Assembly (NCBI GenBank): GCA_041484665.1
Contig: JBGPIA010000015.1
Location: 57,642 to 121,641, forward strand
Length of the DNA: 64,000 nt
Direction: 5' to 3'
DNA from: Candidatus Krumholzibacteriia bacterium
Lineage (GTDB): Bacteria; Krumholzibacteriota; Krumholzibacteriia; JAJRXK01
Below, one piece after another: positions 40,823 through 49,006 of this stretch. The translations under genes and the position numbers were made by a program. Numbering within the stretch: position 1 is the first letter of the stretch; each line of letters opens with the position of its first letter. Below the pieces are notes generated by a model. The model searched no databases and was not told where the DNA came from. It saw nothing but the letters and a program-made list of their open reading frames with translations.

Positions 40823-42280
40823 TCAGAACCAGCGCGAGATGACGACCTTCTTGTCGGTGTAGAAATCGAAGGCCTCGCGCCCGTGCCCCTTGAGGTCGCC
40901 GAAGAACGAGCCCTTGGCGCCGCCGAAGGGGAAGAACGACATGGGCGCGGCCACCCCGATGTTCACTCCGGCCATGCTCGCGTGCACGCGGTACTTGAAC
41001 TCGCGGGCGCTCTTGCCGCTCTGGGTGAAGATCGAGCTGGCGTTGGCCAGCGGGTGCGCCGCGGCCGTCTGCAGCGCCTCGTCCAGCGAGGCCACCGGGA
41101 TCATGCACAGCACCGGCCCGAAGATCTCGTCGCGCGCGATGGTCATCTCGGGCCGGACGTCGTCGAAGAGGGTGGGCCCGACGAACCACCCCTTCTCGCT
41201 CACCTTGGGGTTGCGGCCGTCGACCACCAGCTCGGCGCCCTCCTCGATGCCCTTCTCTATGTAGCCCAGCACCTTCTGCCGGTGGGCCTGTGAGATTACC
41301 GGGCCGATGTCCACACCCGGCTTGCTCCCGTCGCCCAAGCGCAGGCGCGTGACGCGCTCGCGCAGCCCTTCGCGCAGCCAGGTGCGCGCCTCGCCCACGG
41401 CCAGCACCACGCTGCCAGCCAGGCAGCGCTCTCCGGCGCAGCCGTACGCCGAAGCCACGATCTGGTCGAGGGTGGGTCCCTGCGCCGCGTCGGGCATGAT
41501 CACCATGAAGTTCTTGGCGCCGCCCAGCGCCTGGACGCGTTTGCCGTGGGCAGCCGCCGTGCTGTAGACGTACTTGGCTACCGGACTCGATCCGACAAAC
41601 GAGATCCCCGTGATGTCTGGATGCGTGAGCAGGGCGTCCACGCACTCCTTGGCACCGTGGACCAGATTGAGCACGCCCGGCGGGAAGCCCGCCCGGTCGA
41701 TCAACTCGAAGATCAGCTTCTGGCTGAAGGGCACCTGCTCGGAGGGCTTGCAGATGAAGGTGTTCCCGCACGCGACCGCGAAGGGGTAGAACCACAGCGG
41801 CACCATCGCCGGGAAGTTGAAGGGGGCGATGCAGGCGAACACGCCCAGCGGCTGGCGCACCGCCTCGCAGTCGATGCCGCCCGACACGTCCTCCAACGCC
41901 TGGCCCATGAGCAAGGAAGGCGCGCCGATCGCCACCTCGATGCACTCGATACCGCGGCGCACGCTGCCGCGCGCCTCGTCGAGGTTCTTGCCGTTCTCGC
42001 GGGTAACGGTGCGCGCGATCTCCTCGAAGTGCTCTTCCAGCAGCGCCTTGAGCTTGAACAGGTAGCGCACACGCTCCACCGCAGGCACAGCACGCCAGGC
42101 GGGGAAGGCGGCCAGCGCGGCGCGCGCGGCCAGGTCCACCTCGGCCTTGCCGCCCATGGGCACCTCGCCCAGAAGCTCGCCGGTCGCCGGGTTGCGGACT
42201 TCGCGCGCCTGCGGGGTCTGCGCCTCGATCCACTGCCCTCCCACGTAGTTGCGCAGCCGTTCGACTGCCGTCGTCGCCAT
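40823..42280 (-). CDS. mmsA: CoA-acylating (methyl)malonate-semialdehyde dehydrogenase
   Basis: PFNFPAMVP, KPSE, FVGS, GGAKN, GCAGERCLA, EIFGP and FPFGG.KGSFFGD. Confidence 0.94.
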   Translation of the reverse strand: MATTAVERLRNYVGGQWIEAQTPQAREVRNPATGELLGEVPMGGKAEVDLAARAALAAFPAWRAVPAVERVRYLFKLKALLEEHFEEIARTVTRENGKNLDEARGSVRRGIECIEVAIGAPSLLMGQALEDVSGGIDCEAVRQPLGVFACIAPFNFPAMVPLWFYPFAVACGNTFICKPSEQVPFSQKLIFELIDRAGFPPGVLNLVHGAKECVDALLTHPDITGISFVGSSPVAKYVYSTAAAHGKRVQALGGAKNFMVIMPDAAQGPTLDQIVASAYGCAGERCLAGSVVLAVGEARTWLREGLRERVTRLRLGDGSKPGVDIGPVISQAHRQKVLGYIEKGIEEGAELVVDGRNPKVSEKGWFVGPTLFDDVRPEMTIARDEIFGPVLCMIPVASLDEALQTAAAHPLANASSIFTQSGKSAREFKYRVHASMAGVNIGVAAPMSFFPFGGAKGSFFGDLKGHGREAFDFYTDKKVVISRWF

Positions 42281-42457
42281 GAGCGGGCCTCCGTGCGCAG
42301 GGGTGCTGGGGTGCCGGTGTGCGGGAGGCTCCTACCCTAGCAAAGGCCCCCCCGGGGGACAAGGGAGCCGCCGCGCCGGGGGGTGGGTCAATTCGAGCCC
42401 GGAGCTCATCGGTGCGCAGGCAGGCACACAGCGATGCTGGCGGCGAGCCTCTGCGAA

Positions 42458-42479
42458 TATGACCATCAAGATGGTCATA
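42458..42479. promoter_or_regulatory. Perfect palindromic operator between the pyrimidine operon and glgP
   Basis: TATGACCATC-AA-GATGGTCATA. Confidence 0.65.
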
Positions 42480-42669
42480 ATCGCAGAGGTCACGGCAACC
42501 GACCCACCGCGCCGCGCCGCAACTGCTCGGCCGCGCCGCTGCCGCTCCAGCTCCGCCCGCCGCGCCGCCGCCGCCGCCGCCGCCGCGCGGGCGCTGCGCC
42601 ACCCCCGCGCTGGAACTTCCGGGGAAACTGCGCGATGATGCGGCCCCGCCACGCTGGTCAGGAGCGAAC

Positions 42670-45231
42670 ATGCGTCCGGTCAAGACCTTCCACGTTCGGC
42701 CGGCATTGCCAGCGCGCCTCGCCGCTCTCGAGGAGCTCGCGTACAACCTGCGTTGGTCGTGGGATCACGGCACGATCAGCCTCTTCCGGCGGCTCGACCG
42801 CGACCTCTGGGAGGAGTCCGGCCACAACCCCGTCCTGATGCTGGGTGGCATCTCCCAGGAGAGGCTGCAGGAGGCGGCGCAGGACGAGGCCTTCCTTGCG
42901 CACCTCGACCGCATCGCCGCGGAGCTGCGCGACTACGTGGCCGGCGCCGGCGCGTGGCACCAGAAGACCTTCGGCGCCAGCGCGCAGCCCCTGGTGGCGT
43001 ACTTCTCCATGGAGTTCGGCCTCACCGAATGCCTGCCCATCTACTCGGGTGGGCTGGGGATCCTGGCAGGTGACCACCTCAAGTCGGCCAGCGAGCTGGG
43101 TGTGCCCCTGGTGGGCGTGGGTCTGCTCTACCAGAAGGGCTACTTCCGCCAGTACCTCACCGCCGAGGGCTGGCAGCAGGAGCGCAATCCGATCAACGAC
43201 TTCTCGGTGCTGCCGGTGCGCCCGCTGCACGGCCAGGACGGGCAGCCCGTGCGCGTCGGCGTGGAGCTGGCGGGGCGGACGCTCGTGCTGCGCCCCTGGC
43301 GCGCCCAGGTGGGGCGGGTAACGCTGGTGCTGCTCGACTCCAACATCCCCGAGAACCCGCCGGACCTGCAGGACATCACCGACGAGCTGTACGGCGGCGA
43401 CGCGCAGCTGCGCCTGCAGCAAGAGATCGCCCTGGGGATCGGCGGGGTGCTCACGCTGCAGGCGCTGGGCATGACGCCGCGCGTCTTCCACATGAACGAG
43501 GGGCACTGCGCCTTCCTGGGCCTCGCGCGCGCGTCCGCGCTGATGCGCGAGCAGCAGCTCTCCTTCGGCGAGGCGATGGAGGTCGTGGCAGCCAGCGGCA
43601 TCTTCACCACGCATACGCCGGTGCCGGCCGGGATCGACGTCTTCGCGCCGGATCTCATGGAGCGCCACTTCGCCCCGCTGCGGCAGGGGTTGGGGCTGTC
43701 GCGCGAGCAGCTGCTCGACCTTGGCCGCGTGCACCCCGGCCAGACGGCGGAGCCGTTCAACATGGCGGTGCTCGCGATTCGCACCGCGGGCTTCGTCAAC
43801 GGCGTGAGCCGCCTGCACGGCAGCGTCTCGCGCGCCATGTGGCAGGAGGTCTGGCCCGGCGTCCCGGTGGACGAGGTGCCGATCGTCCACGTCACCAACG
43901 GAGTGCACCCCCAGTCGTGGATCTCCGAGGACATGCGCAACCTCTACGACCGTTACCTGGGGCCGCGCTGGGCCGAGGAGCCGGGCGACACGCGCGTCTG
44001 GGCGCGCGGCGAGCAGATCCCGGGCGAGGAGCTGTGGCGCACCCACGAGCGGCGCCGCGAGCGGCTGGTGGCCTTCGCCCGGCGCCGCCTGGCCGCGCAG
44101 CTGCGCGCGCGCGGCGTCGGCATGGCCGAGATCGCCCAGGCCCAGGAGGTGCTCGATCCCGACGCGCTGACCATCGGCTTCGCGCGGCGCTTCGCCACCT
44201 ACAAGCGCGGCGCGCTGCTGCTGCGGGACCCGGCGCGCCTGCAGCGCATCCTCAACGCGCCGGGCCGGCCGGTGCAGATCCTGTTCGCCGGCAAGGCGCA
44301 CCCCAAGGACGAGCCGGGCAAGGAGCTCATCCGACAGATCATCCAGCAGGCCCGTTCTCCCGAGCTGCGGCGCCGCATCGTGTTCCTGGAGGACTACGAC
44401 CAGGTGGTCGCGCGTTATCTGGTGCAGGGAGCAGACGTCTGGCTCAACACGCCGCGGCGGCCTCTGGAGGCCAGCGGCACCAGTGGCATGAAGGCGGCCT
44501 TCAACGGCGCCTTGAATCTCAGCGTCCCGGACGGCTGGTGGGACGAGGCGTTCTCGCATCGCACGGGCTGGGCGATCGGCAAGGGGGAGGACTACCGCGA
44601 CCTGGAGTACCAGGACCGCGTGGAGGCCGGCGCGCTGTACGACCTGCTCGAGAACGACGTCGTGCCGCTGTTCTACAGCCGCGGCGCCGACGGGCTGCCG
44701 CGCGGGTGGATCGAGCTGATGAAGAGCGCCATGGGCGCCCTCTGCCCGGTGTTCAACACCAACCGCATGGTGCACCAGTACGTGATGCGCGGCTATGCGC
44801 CCGCGCAAGAGCGCCGCGAGCGGCTGGAGGCCGACGCTTGCCGCCGCGCCCGGGCGCTGGCCGCCTGGAAACAGCGCGTCCGCCAGGCTTGGGGCGCCGT
44901 CCGCGTCACCGGCGTGGAGGTCAGCCTGCCGCAGGAGACCTGCGTCGGGACGGTGATCGAGGTCGCGGCGTCCGTGCAGCCGGGGGGGCTGGGGCCTGGG
45001 GATCTGGCCGTGCAGGTCTGCCTGGGCACGCTGCGCGAGAGCCGTGAGATCATCGCGCCCGAGATCGTGGCGATGAACTGCCAGGGGGCAGCCGCCGGGG
45101 GGGACCTGCGCTTCCAGGCCGACGTGCCGTGCAAGACCAGCGGAACGCAGGGGCTCACCGTTCGCGTCCTTCCCCACCACGAGGATCTCGGCCAGCCGCA
45201 TGAGACCGGCCTGATCGCCTGGGCCTCCTGA
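42670..45231 (+). CDS. glgP: Alpha-glucan (glycogen/maltodextrin) phosphorylase
   Basis: [30 protein letters not shown] and EASGTSGMK. Confidence 0.97.
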   Translation: MRPVKTFHVRPALPARLAALEELAYNLRWSWDHGTISLFRRLDRDLWEESGHNPVLMLGGISQERLQEAAQDEAFLAHLDRIAAELRDYVAGAGAWHQKTFGASAQPLVAYFSMEFGLTECLPIYSGGLGILAGDHLKSASELGVPLVGVGLLYQKGYFRQYLTAEGWQQERNPINDFSVLPVRPLHGQDGQPVRVGVELAGRTLVLRPWRAQVGRVTLVLLDSNIPENPPDLQDITDELYGGDAQLRLQQEIALGIGGVLTLQALGMTPRVFHMNEGHCAFLGLARASALMREQQLSFGEAMEVVAASGIFTTHTPVPAGIDVFAPDLMERHFAPLRQGLGLSREQLLDLGRVHPGQTAEPFNMAVLAIRTAGFVNGVSRLHGSVSRAMWQEVWPGVPVDEVPIVHVTNGVHPQSWISEDMRNLYDRYLGPRWAEEPGDTRVWARGEQIPGEELWRTHERRRERLVAFARRRLAAQLRARGVGMAEIAQAQEVLDPDALTIGFARRFATYKRGALLLRDPARLQRILNAPGRPVQILFAGKAHPKDEPGKELIRQIIQQARSPELRRRIVFLEDYDQVVARYLVQGADVWLNTPRRPLEASGTSGMKAAFNGALNLSVPDGWWDEAFSHRTGWAIGKGEDYRDLEYQDRVEAGALYDLLENDVVPLFYSRGADGLPRGWIELMKSAMGALCPVFNTNRMVHQYVMRGYAPAQERRERLEADACRRARALAAWKQRVRQAWGAVRVTGVEVSLPQETCVGTVIEVAASVQPGGLGPGDLAVQVCLGTLRESREIIAPEIVAMNCQGAAAGGDLRFQADVPCKTSGTQGLTVRVLPHHEDLGQPHETGLIAWAS

Positions 45232-45248
45232 GCGACCTCCCGGCGGAG

Positions 45249-45281
45249 CCGTAAACGGCGGCGTAAACGGCGCCGTAGACG
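45249..45281. repeat. Three 12-bp tandem repeats downstream of glgP
   Basis: ccgtaaacggcg gcgtaaacggcg ccgtagacg. Confidence 0.55.
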
Positions 45282-45475
45282 TCTTTGCGCGCGCCGCAGC
45301 CGCGTGCTAGCCTTGCCGGCCAATCGGCCGAGGACCGCCCCCGATGGCGCGCCCCCGTGTGGAGCACGCCGGCTCGCGCGAGGCGGGCGCAAGCCCGCGC
45401 TTGTGACCACACCGGGGCCCGCCGAGGAACGACTGCAGCTTGCCGATGCCCCCCACCTCCATCCAGCACCTCGTG

Positions 45476-46252
45476 ATGCAGCTGCCCGTGTCGCCGCGCC
45501 GGTGCACGGCGGCGATTCTGCTGGCGCTGTCGACGTGCTTCCTGGCCAGTGCCGGCCCTGCCCGGGACGCCCACGCCGGGCTGCTGGGCGAGGTGCACCT
45601 GCTCGCGGGCATCGAGCACGGGCCGGTGTGGTTCGGCGACCTCTCGCGCTATACGCGTGAGGTCCCGGCGTTCCCCACCGACGTGCGCCAGGACTGGCGC
45701 ATCGACCTGGCCGACGAGGCCGTGACGGGCTTCCGGGTCGGCCTGGCCAAGGGCGAGCAGGTCGATCTCGTCTGGAGCCGCTTCACGGCCCACTCGCGCT
45801 ATCGCGTCTACATCGACGGCGTCGAGTTCACGCCGGACCAGCAGCGGACCGATCTTTTCCTGCCGCAGGGCGTCGACATGCGCTTCGACTCCATCAGCCT
45901 GGGCGCGCGGATCCTGAGCTGGCGCCTGTCCCTGGCGCGCCGGCTCACGGTCGTCCCGCTGCTGCGCGGCGGATTCGGCTGGGTGTTGACGTCGCAGAGC
46001 GGGCCTGTGGCGTTGGCCCTGCTGCCGACGCAGAACTTCTCCGACAGCGACAAAATGCTGGAGGCCTCCGCGGGGCTCGAGCTGCGCGCCGGCCCGGCGG
46101 AGATCCTCGGCCAGAGCGTGGGGCCGCTGGTTGTAGGCGGGGAGCTACGGACGTTCCACTACCGGTGGGATGCGCGGGACCCGAACGACTATTTTCCGCC
46201 CCACACCGCCCACGCCATCATGCTGGCGCTGCGGCTGGGGCTGGCATTCTGA
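45476..46252 (+). CDS. Secreted protein, probable small outer-membrane beta-barrel
   Basis: Signal peptide, alternating beta strands and a C-terminal LALRLGLAF beta-signal. Start uncertain. Confidence 0.6.
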   Translation: MQLPVSPRRCTAAILLALSTCFLASAGPARDAHAGLLGEVHLLAGIEHGPVWFGDLSRYTREVPAFPTDVRQDWRIDLADEAVTGFRVGLAKGEQVDLVWSRFTAHSRYRVYIDGVEFTPDQQRTDLFLPQGVDMRFDSISLGARILSWRLSLARRLTVVPLLRGGFGWVLTSQSGPVALALLPTQNFSDSDKMLEASAGLELRAGPAEILGQSVGPLVVGGELRTFHYRWDARDPNDYFPPHTAHAIMLALRLGLAF

Positions 46253-46312
46253 GGCGCGGCCGGCGCGCCAGCGCCGGTTCGGCGAACGCGAGGCGAGGAG
46301 CCAGCGAGGAGA

Positions 46313-46498
46313 CTAATAGTCTTCGTCCTCGCCCTCGTCGTAATCGAAGTCCTCGTCGTCGAGATCTTCGTCGTCGAGGTCTTCGTCATCGAGGTCCTCG
46401 TCATCGAAGTCCTCTTCATCGAGGTCCTCGGCGTCTTCCTCGTCGTCGTCGTATTTGCGCTTGAGGAGCAACTGATCCAGGTCCAGCAGGTCGGTCAT
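46313..46498 (-). CDS. 61-aa extremely acidic protein (DDEDL repeats)
   Basis: GGAG RBS. Synonymous variation among the 15-bp repeat units while the D/E coding is preserved. Confidence 0.65.
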   Translation of the reverse strand: MTDLLDLDQLLLKRKYDDDEEDAEDLDEEDFDDEDLDDEDLDDEDLDDEDFDYDEGEDEDY

Positions 46499-46685
46499 CT
46501 CACGGTCTCCATCGCGAAGAGGTTTCGGGCCAATGTCCCCCCGTGGCGGGGGACCGTTTCATAAACTTCTGCGCCCACCGGCGCAAGGGTTTTTTCGGCC
46601 TCCGCGAGCCCCGCTTGACCCCCGTTTTTCCAGCCCGTCCGCCCCGTTTACCGCACGGCCGCGGGGCGGTGCCGGCGCCGGGGGA

Positions 46686-47240
46686 TCACCCCTTCAGGAC
46701 GCCCACGAACGGGAGGTGCCGGTACTTCTCGTCCCAGTCCAGCCCGTAGCCGATGACGAACTCGTTGGGGATATCGAATCCGACGTAGTCCAGGCGCACC
46801 TCCGTTCGGCGAGCGTCCACCTTGTTCAGCAGCGCGCAGACCTTGATCGACCGCGGCTGGCGTGCTTCGAGGATCTGCCGTATGTAGGCCAGCGTCAAGC
46901 CGGTGTCCACGATGTCCTCGACGATGAGTACGTCGCGGGCGGTGATGCTCTGGTTCAGGTCCTTGACGATCTTCACCACCCCTGTGCTCTGGCTCCCGCC
47001 GCCGTAGGAGCTCACACACATGAAGTCGACCTCGTGCAGGATCGAGAGCTGCCGCATCAGATCGGCCAGGAAGACGACCGCCCCCTTGAGAATGCTCACC
47101 AGGATCGGCACGGTCCCCTCGTAGTCGGAGGAGAGCTCGCGCCCCAGCTCGGCCACCCGCCTCTGGATCGCGTCGCTGGGGATCAGGATCTGGTCGATGA
47201 GCGGCTCGCGATCGAGTAGCTCGCGGTCGTCGAACGTCAC
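46686..47240 (-). CDS. hpt: Hypoxanthine phosphoribosyltransferase
   Basis: ILKGAVVFLADL, VSSYG, IVEDIVDTGLTL and FVIGYGLD. GTG start overlaps the udk stop. Confidence 0.96.
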   Translation of the reverse strand: MTFDDRELLDREPLIDQILIPSDAIQRRVAELGRELSSDYEGTVPILVSILKGAVVFLADLMRQLSILHEVDFMCVSSYGGGSQSTGVVKIVKDLNQSITARDVLIVEDIVDTGLTLAYIRQILEARQPRSIKVCALLNKVDARRTEVRLDYVGFDIPNEFVIGYGLDWDEKYRHLPFVGVLKG

Positions 47241-47914
47241 GCCGCCCACCCCCCCGTGCCGGCTTCGGCGCGCCGGCGCTGCCCCAGGATGTCCTGCACC
47301 TTCGCGCAGATCATGTCGATGGCCACGGCATTGTGGCCCCCCTCGGGAATGATCACCTGCGCGTAGCGCTTGCTGGGCTCCACGAACTGCAGGTGCATTG
47401 GCCGTACCGTTTCGCGGTATTGCGAAATGACCGATTCGAGCGTCCTACCACGCTCCACCATGTCGCGTTGCAAGCGCCGGATGAACCGCTCGTCGTCGGC
47501 CACGTCCACGTACAGGCGGATGTCCATGCGCTGGCGCAGATCTGCGCTCTCCAGCACCAGGATCCCCTCCACGAACACGATGTCCGCGGGCTGGATCTGC
47601 TCGGCGTGGGTCGTGCGCCGCTGCGTGGTGAAGTCGTAGACCGGCTTCTGGATGGGCGCCCCGGCCCGCAATGCGTCCAGGTGCGCAACCAGGAGGCTCG
47701 TCTCGAAGGCGTTGGGATGGTCGTAGTTGATGCGGTGACGCTCTTCGGCCGTCAGGTCCGGTCGGTCGTAGTAGTAGCTGTCGTGGTGGATGATCTCGAC
47801 CGTCTCGCGTGGAAAGCGCTCCTTGACCCGCAGGGCAACGGTCGTCTTGCCGCTGCCGGAGCCTCCGGCGATGCCGATGATCACAGGGCGGTGGAGTACT
47901 TGGGTGAGGGGCAT
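47237..47914 (-). CDS. udk: Uridine kinase
   Basis: GIAGGSGSGKTT, NYDHP, EGIL, RRLQRD..ERGR and FVEPSKRYA. Confidence 0.96.
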   Translation of the reverse strand: MPLTQVLHRPVIIGIAGGSGSGKTTVALRVKERFPRETVEIIHHDSYYYDRPDLTAEERHRINYDHPNAFETSLLVAHLDALRAGAPIQKPVYDFTTQRRTTHAEQIQPADIVFVEGILVLESADLRQRMDIRLYVDVADDERFIRRLQRDMVERGRTLESVISQYRETVRPMHLQFVEPSKRYAQVIIPEGGHNAVAIDMICAKVQDILGQRRRAEAGTGGWAA

Positions 47915-48033
47915 TGCGCGCGGACCGGGTGATCGGGAACGGTCCTGAGAGGCTGGGCAGCCGGCAGGAATATCGGGCGTCCGGGGAAGGCCCGAGCCGA
48001 TCGCCGCCGGCTAGAGGCGAGCGGGCGGCCTCA

Positions 48034-48062
48034 AGGGTACGGAACGCAATTGCCAGAGTCAA
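48034..48062 (-). promoter_or_regulatory. Sigma70-type promoter for udk-hpt
   Basis: Minus strand TTGACT-17 nt-TACCCT. Confidence 0.6.
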
Positions 48063-48413
48063 TCCGGTCGCCGGGAGGTGTCGGGGGTGGGGGCCCGGGG
48101 CCGGTCCGGACGCTACGGTGGGGGTGGCGTTGGCGGGGGCAGGGCCCGCGAGGTGCAGGCCCGCGATCTGGCTCGGGCCCGGTCGGAAGCTGGGGTCAGG
48201 GCTGAGCCCAGGGCCGCTCCGCTCGCGGGCCGGGGCCGGTTCGGCTCGCGGGCCGCCCTTTGGATCAGGCCGCGGCAGCAGTCCCGCCAACACCTGCCGT
48301 CATTGCGGTTTGCAGCCGCCGCGCGCCGGACCGGGAGCGAGCGGACGTCCTTGCTGGACCGCAATGCGCCGCGATCGCACCGCCGCAGCCACCCGCGGCG
48401 CGATTTGGCACGG

Positions 48414-48429
48414 CGGCACCAACCTTGCC
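48414..48429 (+). promoter_or_regulatory. Putative sigma54 promoter for the receiver-domain gene
   Basis: cGGCAC-caacc-TTGCc (GG-N10-GC), about 110 nt before the ATG at 48538. Confidence 0.5.
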
Positions 48430-48537
48430 GGGAAAACACCCCAGGGGCCCGCGCCCTGCGCCTCCCAGGCCACCGGCGCTGCCCCCTGCGGCACGCCCGT
48501 CCGCGGCCACACGCCCGACTGCCAGGAGCGCACGCCC

Positions 48538-48930
48538 ATGCCCTTCAAGCTGCTCATCGTGCAGGACAAGCCCCCGCTGCGGCATCTACCCGCGGATGCG
48601 GCGACGCTCTCGGGCTTCGAGATCGTGGGGCAGTGCGTCGAGCCGGGCGAGGCGATGGCGCTGTTCAAGGAGAACCAGCCCGAGGTCATCCTGTTCGACC
48701 TCGTGCTGCCGGTGGAGGACCGCCTCTCGCAGGTGCGGCGGATGCTGCAGCAGGCGCCGGCCACGCTGGTGGTCGTCTGCAGCAGCTTCGACAGCGCCGC
48801 AGAGGTCTCGCGCGCATTCGCCGCCGGCGTCCACCGCTGCCTGAGACGCCCCTACCGCGGCGATGAGCTGCGCCGCCTCTTCGAGAACCTGCACGCCGAG
48901 CTGGATCAGACCGTCGCGCTGCGCGCCTGA
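48538..48930 (+). CDS. Single-domain response regulator (atypical receiver)
   Basis: AGGAG RBS. LLIVQD, PEVILFDLVLP, VVVCSS and AGVHRCLRRP. Confidence 0.85.
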   Translation: MPFKLLIVQDKPPLRHLPADAATLSGFEIVGQCVEPGEAMALFKENQPEVILFDLVLPVEDRLSQVRRMLQQAPATLVVVCSSFDSAAEVSRAFAAGVHRCLRRPYRGDELRRLFENLHAELDQTVALRA

Positions 48931-49006
48931 CCGCGCCGGTGCAAGGCGCCAGCATCAGGCTCCCGCCTGGCGCGCCAGCCTCAGCTTCCCGTAGCGCGCG
49001 CCAGCA

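Noticed and set aside
42564..42586. (GCC)7 microsatellite as a regulatory switch
   Set aside because: It is intergenic and unremarkable at this GC content, with no evident link to promoter spacing.
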